Shown: positions 48,862-56,987 of the stretch, piece by piece
Layout: each line of letters starts with the position of its first letter
Numbering within the stretch: the first letter of the stretch is position 1
From: a virus
Strand: one strand, 5' to 3'
IMG/VR virus record: IMGVR_UViG_3300020048_000055
Span: 1-64,000 of that record
DNA: 64,000 bases
Made by a program: the position numbers and the translations under genes
The notes under the pieces: generated by a model
The model's input: only the letters and a program-made list of their open reading frames with translations
Told to the model about the DNA's origin: nothing
Databases searched by the model: none

Positions 48862-48993
48862 ATGAATGAAATTACTTTAGACGGAGTACCTGTAAGTGTA
48901 CAGCAATTGAATGAAGCGAAGTCTAACCCTACTGTTAGAATAGTAGAAGACTCACCCGGTGTTTTTAAGACATTGAAAAGGCTTCAGGGTTAA
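48862..48993 (+). CDS. small late protein (43 aa, absent from ORF track)
   Basis: ACTAATTA + AGGAG RBS; MNEITLDGVPVSVQQLNEAKSNPTVRIVEDSPGVFKTLKRLQG. Confidence 0.75.
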   Translation: MNEITLDGVPVSVQQLNEAKSNPTVRIVEDSPGVFKTLKRLQG

Positions 48994-48999
48994 AAAATA

Positions 49000-49956
49000 A
49001 TGCTATATTCAACAATACTAATCGATGTATTCAACCTTATTCACAAAAAAAAAGAAAAAGAAACTGATGCGAAGAATATAGCTAACTCGGTTATTGACTT
49101 TATTGAGACAGTAATAAAGCCTAAACTAGAGAACACTGAATCCAAACTCTATTTACTTTTCGACCCGATGCCAGTAAGTGACTTAAATATTTCAAATCAA
49201 TTTAGAACTTTCACTACTACGAGAAACACAATTAAGTCTACTTACAAAGCTAAAAGGGAAAAAGACCCAATAATTATTGAAGTTGCAGATTTTCTCTTGA
49301 AATACTTTTCTTATAGAGACCCTGCCTATTATTTGGTAATATCTGAAAAACATGAAGCGGATGATTTTGTAGAGTCACTTGTAAAAGATTCAGGTAAAAC
49401 ATTACTTATAAGCTCAGACTTTGATTGGGCGAGATATCTTTCCTCAGAAGTGAGCATGTCAACTGGTGATATAAATCAACCATTTACTACCTCAGATTTT
49501 ATTGAGAAGTTTGGGTACTTACCTTCCATTAAAAATGTTACGGTAAACAAAGCACTCTTCGGAGACCCCTCGGATAATATTGATGGACTTTTTTCCAGTA
49601 AGTTTAAGTATAAAGAACTCGGTGAACAAGCTATGGCTTTTATCTCAAAAACAGATGAAAACTTAAATGATTTTGTTGGAAGGATTAAGGCATACACATT
49701 TAAGCAATTATTTGAGCTTAAAGTTAGAAATCCTGAGGAAGAGCTTTTCTATCAAATAAATTGTTTTGAAAAAAAGAACTTAACAACTCAATTTTTCTTA
49801 AACATTGCGTTAGTAAGAAGCTTATGTTCCGATGCTAATAAGTTTGTAAAACACTTTTCAAAAAGAGACAATGGTTTCTGTACTCTAATTGATAAGACCC
49901 TTTCTAGGGGAGAATCAAAAAAGAATACATTTAGGTTCGGAAAAGTAAAGATTTAA
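49000..49956 (+). CDS. 5'-3' exonuclease / T4 RNase H (FEN family)
   Basis: ILID..N, YKAKR, EADD, ISSDFD, GDPSDNIDG. Confidence 0.9.
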   Translation: MLYSTILIDVFNLIHKKKEKETDAKNIANSVIDFIETVIKPKLENTESKLYLLFDPMPVSDLNISNQFRTFTTTRNTIKSTYKAKREKDPIIIEVADFLLKYFSYRDPAYYLVISEKHEADDFVESLVKDSGKTLLISSDFDWARYLSSEVSMSTGDINQPFTTSDFIEKFGYLPSIKNVTVNKALFGDPSDNIDGLFSSKFKYKELGEQAMAFISKTDENLNDFVGRIKAYTFKQLFELKVRNPEEELFYQINCFEKKNLTTQFFLNIALVRSLCSDANKFVKHFSKRDNGFCTLIDKTLSRGESKKNTFRFGKVKI

Positions 49957-50002
49957 TGGGATTTATGTTAATATATTATTAACTACTATGGAGGTTATTA
50001 AA

Positions 50003-50314
50003 ATGAGTACAAAAATAAGTTCAGGTAAAGTCACTCTTATCAAACATTCGGAAGAAGATATAGTAAAGCTATGCCAAAGTTTATCTGGGGATATCCTTTC
50101 TTCAGTATTGAAAAAATATAAAGAGTCCAATAAAACCATAGATATGTATGGGATGTTATCCGACACCTATGCAGATATAATTGGATTGTGCTCAAAAATG
50201 ATGAATGAAGATAATATCCTTTTTAATGAATCTTCCTTTTTTAGTGCATTATCCAGCAGGTTAGCCAGTAAGAAAACCCCTGTAACAAGGAGTTTCCCTA
50301 AAGATGGCATCTAA
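50003..50314 (+). CDS. hypothetical protein
   Basis: GGAGG RBS before ATG 50003; GTTAATATA upstream. Confidence 0.65.
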   Translation: MSTKISSGKVTLIKHSEEDIVKLCQSLSGDILSSVLKKYKESNKTIDMYGMLSDTYADIIGLCSKMMNEDNILFNESSFFSALSSRLASKKTPVTRSFPKDGI

Positions 50315-51323
50315 TTTATATGTAATGAGTGATGTACAGTTTCAAGCCTTGAATGGTTGGAACTATGAAATAGGAAATAAGTTTTTAGATTGGTTTGAGA
50401 CTTTAGAAGTAAAGCCTAATTCTTACTTTATACAGCTTGGAGACATGACAGAAAAAGATACAAATCCTGGTGATGTTGTACGGCAACTGGAAAGATTCTT
50501 TTCAATCTGTGCAAAGAAGTTTGTGAAGTCATATATCCTTGTAGGAAATCATGATATGAAACTTTATCATGGTAAGGTACAAATCTCCTTTGCTTTTGCC
50601 GAAGAAAAAGATAAAATTGAAGTAGTACGAGACCTTTCAAACATTGAGATTGATGGAATGAATATTCTGGCAATGCCTCATGTAAGGGTTAGGGGAAAAA
50701 CTCTCCATGAGTTTTATAATAAGAAAACCCCTGAGGAATACTTAAGCCTAATTAAAAATGGAAAAACCAAGTTTGACCTCGCTGTAGGGCATTGGCAGAA
50801 GCAGGGAGCAGAAGGTTCCCCAGAATGGATTAGGGACGGAGTAAGCACTGATAATCTTCCAGTAAACAAGTTTATGTTGGGTCATATTCATAATAGACCG
50901 GATACTGATTATCTGGGTTCAGTATGGCCCCTTAAGGTTTCAGAAGAGTTTAGTGAGTTTGGTAGGGTAATTGGATTAGTAACGAAGACTGACAAAATAG
51001 AATATTCTGAAATAGAAATTCCAAGGTTTTGTAAGTATGATACTATCACATATCCCGAGCCATTTGTAAAACCCTTAGATACTTTAGTTCATGTATATAC
51101 TGTTGAAGGTTGTAAAAATATTGGTATAGCCCAAGAGTTTTATAAAGATGTGTATATTCGGTCTACAGGTAACAATAAAAAAGAAGAGGAAGAAACAATA
51201 TCCTCTGAGGAAGACTTCCTCTTTACGGATTACTTAGATGCCTTTAACAAGTACTGTGCAGAAAAGAAACCTAAGCTAAATAGAAATGTTTTAAAAATAA
51301 TTACAAATCACTTGAAAATATAA
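50304..51323 (+). CDS. SbcD/Mre11-like recombination nuclease (T4 gp47-like)
   Basis: SD.Q, LGD, GNHD, GH, GHIH metallophosphoesterase motifs. Confidence 0.9.
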   Translation: MASNLYVMSDVQFQALNGWNYEIGNKFLDWFETLEVKPNSYFIQLGDMTEKDTNPGDVVRQLERFFSICAKKFVKSYILVGNHDMKLYHGKVQISFAFAEEKDKIEVVRDLSNIEIDGMNILAMPHVRVRGKTLHEFYNKKTPEEYLSLIKNGKTKFDLAVGHWQKQGAEGSPEWIRDGVSTDNLPVNKFMLGHIHNRPDTDYLGSVWPLKVSEEFSEFGRVIGLVTKTDKIEYSEIEIPRFCKYDTITYPEPFVKPLDTLVHVYTVEGCKNIGIAQEFYKDVYIRSTGNNKKEEEETISSEEDFLFTDYLDAFNKYCAEKKPKLNRNVLKIITNHLKI

Positions 51324-51327
51324 TTGA

Positions 51328-51918
51328 ATGACTAATCTTATAACTGAGGTTAGTCATTTGAGTTATAATGAACAGATAATAAATACGATGGTAAAAAAAT
51401 CATTTGCACTTGATGGGGGATTTGGGTTTAAGATATCCGATCCTCCAAAGTCTGCGGCAATGAATGTTCAAAAGAATCCATTTGATGGATTTGGTGTTAT
51501 TAATACCACTCTTATAAAAGATGAAACTTATAAAAAGTTTACAAGCAACTTTATCCCCTTTTACTGGGAAGCAAAGTTTATGAAAGAGGTTTCTGCTTTC
51601 GCTCTTAAACGAATTGAAATACATCAAGCCTACTACTTAAATAACACCTTAAAACTTCCAGAAACTTTCTCTATAGTACCTCTTGGGATATACGCCAAGC
51701 GTGGAGAAGTTAGAATCTATCTGTTTGAATGGGAAGCTCTTTCTCAACTCTATGAGAATGGTTTTTCTATTCATAAGAAGTTTTTAGAAAAGTTACCTTT
51801 TAATAAAGTTGTATTAAAAGAAGGTTTATTCTCAATAGACCACATTATAACTAAAAAAACATTACTCGATTTATACGGGTATGATATTTACATGGAGAAG
51901 AAAAATGCCACGGATTAA
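51328..51918 (+). CDS. RecU-like Holliday junction resolvase (putative)
   Basis: E...KISD...NPFDGFG...WEAK...HQ pattern. Confidence 0.6.
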   Translation: MTNLITEVSHLSYNEQIINTMVKKSFALDGGFGFKISDPPKSAAMNVQKNPFDGFGVINTTLIKDETYKKFTSNFIPFYWEAKFMKEVSAFALKRIEIHQAYYLNNTLKLPETFSIVPLGIYAKRGEVRIYLFEWEALSQLYENGFSIHKKFLEKLPFNKVVLKEGLFSIDHIITKKTLLDLYGYDIYMEKKNATD

Positions 51919-52132
51919 ATATTCCTGTTCTAAATGCAATGCTATAAAAAATGTTTCTTTTGTTTTAGGCACTCCTGCTGAGGTTCCAATTTGTGAAGAA
52001 TGTAATATCCCTATGTCAAGGGGATTTGCAAAGACTGACCTTGGAGAGATAGAGACAGATGAAATGACGAATATACGTCTTATGATGAAAAACTCTCAAT
52101 CATATACAGGAAAAGATAGAATTGCTTATTGA
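51905..52132 (+). CDS. FmdB-like zinc-ribbon protein
   Basis: MPRIKYSCSKC...CEEC..M.R. Confidence 0.75.
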   Translation: MPRIKYSCSKCNAIKNVSFVLGTPAEVPICEECNIPMSRGFAKTDLGEIETDEMTNIRLMMKNSQSYTGKDRIAY

Positions 52133-52135
52133 CCA

Positions 52136-52143
52136 ACTAATTA
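52136..52143 (+). promoter_or_regulatory. putative late promoter ACTAATTA (representative)
   Basis: Also at 3219, 3917, 14774, 25023, 28714, 48838 (+) and 14776, 41076, 61114, 63353 (-). Confidence 0.7.
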
Positions 52144-52160
52144 ATCAAGGAATAAACTAA

Positions 52161-54347
52161 ATGGCAACAAACAATTATATATCGGGAACAGCACCTAAAA
52201 GTGCTATCATTAAATCTACTTTTCATGATAGACTATCCTCTTTTTATGGATTCAGACAAACCACATCTGGTGGGCAAAACACTTCTCTTGAGAAAAGAAC
52301 AGGTGTAAAATTTGTAAAAGTAGACTTAAATAATCAAGCATATCGAGTACAAAATGCAAGCTTAGGAAATGTTTTTGATTCAAGACTTCTATCATCAAAA
52401 CTTGAAAAATACTTTGATGCGTGGATGTCCGAGACAAGTCTTTCCTATGATGATATTGCTGACAGACAAGCTCGTCTTAATGAACTTTCCTTCATGCAAT
52501 ACAATGAACCTTTCGTATCTCGTGTAGTTCAATTAGTGGCTGATGAAGCCACAAACTTGGATGAACAGGATAGACTTATTTCTATATCTTCTCCTAATGG
52601 AAACTTTATTGAAAAATGTTATGAACTATTCTCACAGTGGGGAATAACTCAACAACGTATCCATGGGGTAATGTGGGATCTTGAATTGTATGGAGAAGCT
52701 TTCTGGACACACAAGGTAACTCAGCGAGGGGTTGAAAGAATATTCCCTGCCAAAGTAAATCAAGTTATGGAACGTTTAGAGTTCAACCCCCTTCACATGG
52801 CAGAATACCTTTCTCAGAGAGACGGTTTTATGTCTGCCAATAAAAACCGTGGAGCTAAAGTTGAAGCCCTTCTTGCAGGTCTTAAAAACAAAGAAGATAC
52901 TTTCGATATAGATGAAAACTTTTCGGACATGTTTGATACAAAACTTCTGGGGTTTGAATTTCATGATGCAAACTATATTCCTCCTTGGGACGTTTCCCAT
53001 TTTAGATTTAATGCAGACCACTCTGAGTTTTTCCCTTATGGAAGACCCCCTCTAATAAGTTGTTTAGCACCTTTCAAACAATTATTTGCCGCCATGACGC
53101 TTCAAGGTATTGCAAGAACGATGTCTTTTCCAGTTACCTTATATAAAGTAAAAACAGTTGAAGGTATGAATCCTACAATGTCTTTTGATTATGTAAATGA
53201 AGTTAGAGAAGAATACGAAAATATTGGTGTATCACCTAATTCTACAGGGTCTGAACTTTATTCTATAAATACAAAGATGTGGGTACCGGATTCCTTACTT
53301 GATGTACAAATACTAAAATCAGAAGTAGAAATTGATGCTATTGATGATATTGCTTTGTTTCAAGACCGGGTAGCTGTAGCTACGGGTATTCCAAAAGGTT
53401 ACTTAATTCAAGATGAATCCACCTTTGGTACTTCTGCTGTTGCCCTTGTTGAACAATGTAAACCTTTTGCCAGACATGTTTTTGCTATTCAATCTGCTTT
53501 CCTTGATGGACTTGGAGAATTAATTAGATTGCATTTTGCTATTACAGGCGAGTTTGATTATAACACGCCCTTTACTTTAGCTATGAGATTTCCTTCAATA
53601 GAAATGTCAGAAGATAAACGTACCAGTAGAACCGCTTCACTGGAACTTACTTCTGCGGTTATGGATTTTATTAAAGGTGCAATTGGTATGGGAGAAGAGG
53701 ATTTGCTTCCCTCAACAGTAGCTACCGATATCATGACAAAGTATTCTTTCTTAGACCCAACCGATGTTATGAAATGGGTAAAACTAAGTGGACTTGCTAA
53801 GTTAACTTCAAGAGCTTCCGATGAAGATGGTGGAGATGGTGATGGTGGAGACGATATTGATTTTGACTTTGGAAGTGATGTAGGGGATTCAGGGGATGAC
53901 ACCAGTGCTGAAGATACTACGGATTTCGATGTGGATGAAGCAACTACTGAGGAACTGAAAGATTCTATCCGAAAAATGAAAAAAGCTACTAGACTTCGTG
54001 AAAAGAAACAACGGGTTAAAGCTTTAAGACAGCTCAAACAGAAACGGTTGAAAGAAATTTCTGAAAGATATCAAGAATCTAAAACCGACCTTTACTTTAC
54101 TCTTTTGGAAAAAGAACACATCCAAGAATGGAAAGGTGACGCAAAGCATACAAAGCTTGTTTCAAAAATAACTGAAAACTCCAATTTCTATGAATCCATT
54201 AAGATTTTTACAAATGAAAAAATGAAGAATGGTGGAAGACTTAAAGAAGAAGTTTATAGTCCAGCAGATATGATAAATGATACATTATCAGATGATTCTC
54301 CCATAGATAACTCTATCTCGGAAGCAATAAATGATATTATAGGATAA
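52161..54347 (+). CDS. portal protein (T4 gp20-like)
   Basis: VADEAT, LYGEAF, WDVSHFR..FFPYGRP, GIPKGYL motifs. Confidence 0.9.
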   Translation: MATNNYISGTAPKSAIIKSTFHDRLSSFYGFRQTTSGGQNTSLEKRTGVKFVKVDLNNQAYRVQNASLGNVFDSRLLSSKLEKYFDAWMSETSLSYDDIADRQARLNELSFMQYNEPFVSRVVQLVADEATNLDEQDRLISISSPNGNFIEKCYELFSQWGITQQRIHGVMWDLELYGEAFWTHKVTQRGVERIFPAKVNQVMERLEFNPLHMAEYLSQRDGFMSANKNRGAKVEALLAGLKNKEDTFDIDENFSDMFDTKLLGFEFHDANYIPPWDVSHFRFNADHSEFFPYGRPPLISCLAPFKQLFAAMTLQGIARTMSFPVTLYKVKTVEGMNPTMSFDYVNEVREEYENIGVSPNSTGSELYSINTKMWVPDSLLDVQILKSEVEIDAIDDIALFQDRVAVATGIPKGYLIQDESTFGTSAVALVEQCKPFARHVFAIQSAFLDGLGELIRLHFAITGEFDYNTPFTLAMRFPSIEMSEDKRTSRTASLELTSAVMDFIKGAIGMGEEDLLPSTVATDIMTKYSFLDPTDVMKWVKLSGLAKLTSRASDEDGGDGDGGDDIDFDFGSDVGDSGDDTSAEDTTDFDVDEATTEELKDSIRKMKKATRLREKKQRVKALRQLKQKRLKEISERYQESKTDLYFTLLEKEHIQEWKGDAKHTKLVSKITENSNFYESIKIFTNEKMKNGGRLKEEVYSPADMINDTLSDDSPIDNSISEAINDIIG

Positions 54348-54353
54348 TGAAAA

Positions 54354-54521
54354 GTGAAGAAGTTTACAATCTATTTATGTCGTTGGCAAGTATCAGGGAT
54401 ATTAATGATGCCAGTACTTGCCCTTTGTACTAATCTTGGTACTGTCTGGTCAGTGATAATTGCCCAATTTATCGGTTCTCTTATTTTTTGGTTCATTGAT
54501 AAGAAGATTTTCACTTCTTGA
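54354..54521 (+). CDS. small two-TM membrane protein (55 aa, absent from ORF track)
   Basis: GTG start; MKKFTIYLCRWQVSGILMMPVLALCTNLGTVWSVIIAQFIGSLIFWFIDKKIFTS. Confidence 0.65.
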   Translation: MKKFTIYLCRWQVSGILMMPVLALCTNLGTVWSVIIAQFIGSLIFWFIDKKIFTS

Positions 54522-54546
54522 CTTTCTTAAGTGTTTTATTTATATT
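54518..54546 (+). promoter_or_regulatory. sigma70 promoter giving a leaderless mRNA
   Basis: TTGACT-N17-TATATT, then 6 nt to ATG 54553. Confidence 0.65.
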
Positions 54547-54552
54547 TTATAC

Positions 54553-54855
54553 ATGAAGAAAGAAACCATTGAAAAGATTCGTGCTTACAGAACTGGAGTT
54601 CATCTCTCTCAGGAAACAAAAGAGAAAATAAGTAACACCAGCAAAAAAAGGGTGTTTACTGAAGAAACTCGCAATAAAATGACCCGTGGTAACATTGAAA
54701 TCAATGGTAAACGGGTCATTTGTGTTGAAACGGGTAAAGAATATGAAAGCATTTCAGAAGCTTCCAGAGACATACATACCGCCCCTATCTGTATTTCTCG
54801 GGTATGTAATGGAAAGAAAAACTCCATCCATGGACTGTCTTTCAGATTTTTATAA
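54553..54855 (+). CDS. NUMOD3/NUMOD1 DNA-binding protein (homing-endonuclease derived, no nuclease domain)
   Basis: HLSQETKEKIS, TEETRNKM repeats; VICVETGKEYESISEASR...ISRVCNGK. Confidence 0.8.
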   Translation: MKKETIEKIRAYRTGVHLSQETKEKISNTSKKRVFTEETRNKMTRGNIEINGKRVICVETGKEYESISEASRDIHTAPICISRVCNGKKNSIHGLSFRFL

Positions 54856-55272
54856 AACCTTTTTTTCATCACACAAAGAGATAAATTCTTTCACATCCTC
54901 GCTACTGTAATAGTCACTCCCATGAAAATACTCAAACATGGAGAGAAGATGCCTGCTGGTATAAGTTCTCATACAGGTACGATCAACATTGTGAATAGCA
55001 TTCAAAAGATTTGCCAACGTACCTACAGGAATCGACATCCCATGCCCAGTCGGAAGACTTTCCTCGGCAAACAATACATCTTCCATGAATGCTTGAGCTT
55101 CTTTACGGTACCCCTTAGAATTGATGGGTTCAGTGGAATTGATATGTTCCTCGATAAGCTTACACAACTCCTTCACGCAAAAATCTTCATCCCGATTATT
55201 AAACCGATAATGAACCTCAAACAAAAAGTGATTGTAGGTAGCTTTTGCCATCTTAGTAATAATTGGATTCAT
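54850..55272 (-). CDS. hypothetical protein
   Basis: AAGGAG RBS; early cluster. Confidence 0.7.
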   Translation of the reverse strand: MNPIITKMAKATYNHFLFEVHYRFNNRDEDFCVKELCKLIEEHINSTEPINSKGYRKEAQAFMEDVLFAEESLPTGHGMSIPVGTLANLLNAIHNVDRTCMRTYTSRHLLSMFEYFHGSDYYSSEDVKEFISLCDEKKVL

Positions 55273-55282
55273 GTGTGGCTCC

Positions 55283-55564
55283 TTAAATTATGTCTACCAG
55301 AGGATACCCAATCTCTGTTCCTATCTTTTCGCAAAGTTCCAAAGCCGTATCATCATTTAAGTCCATTCCCAGAAATTCGATAATAAGATATCCGAAATCC
55401 CCTGTTCTTTGGTTTTGAGAATCCCCCTGAAGGAATACTCGGTAGTTATCCTTGTTTAGGTGAAACCATCTTTTTAATCTTAAATACAGTATAGGATTGT
55501 GTATCGACTGTATTTCATATGTATGACCACAAGCAGGGGTAGACATATATAAACCTTTAAGCAT
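55283..55564 (-). CDS. hypothetical protein
   Basis: GGAGG RBS. Confidence 0.7.
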   Translation of the reverse strand: MLKGLYMSTPACGHTYEIQSIHNPILYLRLKRWFHLNKDNYRVFLQGDSQNQRTGDFGYLIIEFLGMDLNDDTALELCEKIGTEIGYPLVDII

Positions 55565-55575
55565 AATTATCCTCC

Positions 55576-56136
55576 TTAAAAATATGAAATATTGAGGTCT
55601 TCAACATCCACAATTCTTTCTTCATTTTCCGGTGTTTTCACACAGACCCTTTTAGAACACAGACTTTTTTTGTCAGGGTCGCAAACATATCCAACGGGTT
55701 GTCCCTGATAGGAGAGCTTGTGCTGAGAGGGAAGAATCTGACTGGTATAATGTACACTGTATGAAGGTGACATCTCCTGTTCAAAGAAGTCTGGGTTTAC
55801 CATTTTAAGGTAACTATCTTCAACTTCTGAAAAGGAAAGAATAAATTTCCGGAGTTCATTGTAATCAGATGCAGACTGAAAAGTGAATTCCATGTCGCTT
55901 TTTCTTGCTGATTGATTACTGCAACAGATGAAATTATCATCAAGAAAATACGCTTTCATTCCTACAAACTGATCGGTACATAACCACTTGGTAATGTAAC
56001 ATTCAGTAAGTCTTTTGAATCCTTCTTCATCGAATTCAAGGGTCTCGTAGATACCAAGTCTTTCTGCAATGGTATAGATGCAGGTTTCAGTACGGGGTTC
56101 ATATTTTGCCCTTACGATGAGGTCTCTTATTTTCAT
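55576..56136 (-). CDS. hypothetical protein
   Basis: GGGAG RBS before MKIRDL; overlap with upstream stop. Confidence 0.7.
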   Translation of the reverse strand: MKIRDLIVRAKYEPRTETCIYTIAERLGIYETLEFDEEGFKRLTECYITKWLCTDQFVGMKAYFLDDNFICCSNQSARKSDMEFTFQSASDYNELRKFILSFSEVEDSYLKMVNPDFFEQEMSPSYSVHYTSQILPSQHKLSYQGQPVGYVCDPDKKSLCSKRVCVKTPENEERIVDVEDLNISYF

Positions 56137-56351
56137 ACATACTCCCAATTACCGACTTGCTGTCGTTTGTAAATTTGCGATTGATGGTTTATGAAAAAGG
56201 TTGCATCGGAGTTTGTGCTTACGACCGATTTAAGTTCCCCGTTTTTCATCTTTTTGCTCACGGTGTCGATAATGTGGTCTGAATCAAACTCGATGACAAA
56301 AGTAACACCAGCTTTTCTCATGGTGCGTTTCACGTTGGTTTTAGTTTCCAT
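56133..56351 (-). CDS. hypothetical protein
   Basis: AAGGAG RBS, coupled. Confidence 0.65.
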   Translation of the reverse strand: METKTNVKRTMRKAGVTFVIEFDSDHIIDTVSKKMKNGELKSVVSTNSDATFFINHQSQIYKRQQVGNWEYV

Positions 56352-56683
56352 TAGAGTCTCCTTGCTAATATTTCGTTGGCTTCATCAAGATTCTGGCGGG
56401 ATTTTTCAAGGAGTTTTTCCTGCCGTAGAACTTGAGAGTTGAAATACGCTACCTGAGCAAAATTGGCATTCTCTTTGTCATTAAAAATTGTGTTTAGAAC
56501 ATCCTGATCACTCAATAGAATTGAGGAGTTACCAATGCTTTCAATCAAGACTATTTCATGGTAGAAAGGTTCAGGGCTGAACTTGAATCGTTCCACGAAA
56601 CGGCAAGGGAGAGCTTCTACGGGGTGTCCCATACCCATAAAGTTTGAATAATACTGAATTGTAGTGAAGTCGGTTATATTCAT
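56351..56683 (-). CDS. hypothetical protein
   Basis: GAGGTG RBS, coupled. Confidence 0.65.
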   Translation of the reverse strand: MNITDFTTIQYYSNFMGMGHPVEALPCRFVERFKFSPEPFYHEIVLIESIGNSSILLSDQDVLNTIFNDKENANFAQVAYFNSQVLRQEKLLEKSRQNLDEANEILARRL

Positions 56684-56871
56684 TTTTTCACCTCAAATAG
56701 GGTGCATCCAAAGTCAGGGGCTGTAATGAGGTAAACTTCCATACCACTGTCGTCATGGGCAGTTGCATAAATATCAAATCCTGAAAGATTCAGGTTAAAA
56801 GACCATGCTCTTCCAACTTTATCACAACTTTTATCCTTCAACCAAAACTTACAATCCTTACAATGACCCAT
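56680..56871 (-). CDS. small Cys-rich protein
   Basis: CKDCKFW...FGC; first gene after early promoter. Confidence 0.7.
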   Translation of the reverse strand: MGHCKDCKFWLKDKSCDKVGRAWSFNLNLSGFDIYATAHDDSGMEVYLITAPDFGCTLFEVKK

Positions 56872-56885
56872 TTGTATCTCCTTAT

Positions 56886-56936
56886 TACCTTACATATATA
56901 ATATATAGGAGTTTTAATAAAAGTTCAAAACTTTTT
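56886..56936 (-). promoter_or_regulatory. sigma70-type early promoter
   Basis: TTGAAC (56923-28)-N17-TATATT (56900-05)-ATATATGTAAGGTA. Confidence 0.8.
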
Positions 56937-56946
56937 ACATCTAAAT

Positions 56947-56973
56947 AAAAAAAAGAGCCTTTCGGCTCTTTTT
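56947..56973. terminator. intrinsic terminator
   Basis: AAAAAGAGCC-TTTC-GGCTCTTTTT. Confidence 0.8.
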
Positions 56974-56987
56974 ATCGTAAGTTTTGA

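Noticed and set aside
53558-54037. Antisense ORFs (also 18695..19189, 54922..55383 and the many ORFs inside 33421..41037)
   Set aside because: They are shadows of well-supported opposite-strand genes, with no RBS or motifs.
54460-54552. TTG 54460 N-terminal extension of the NUMOD protein
   Set aside because: It overlaps a better-supported 55-aa membrane ORF and the promoter; ATG 54553 is preferred.
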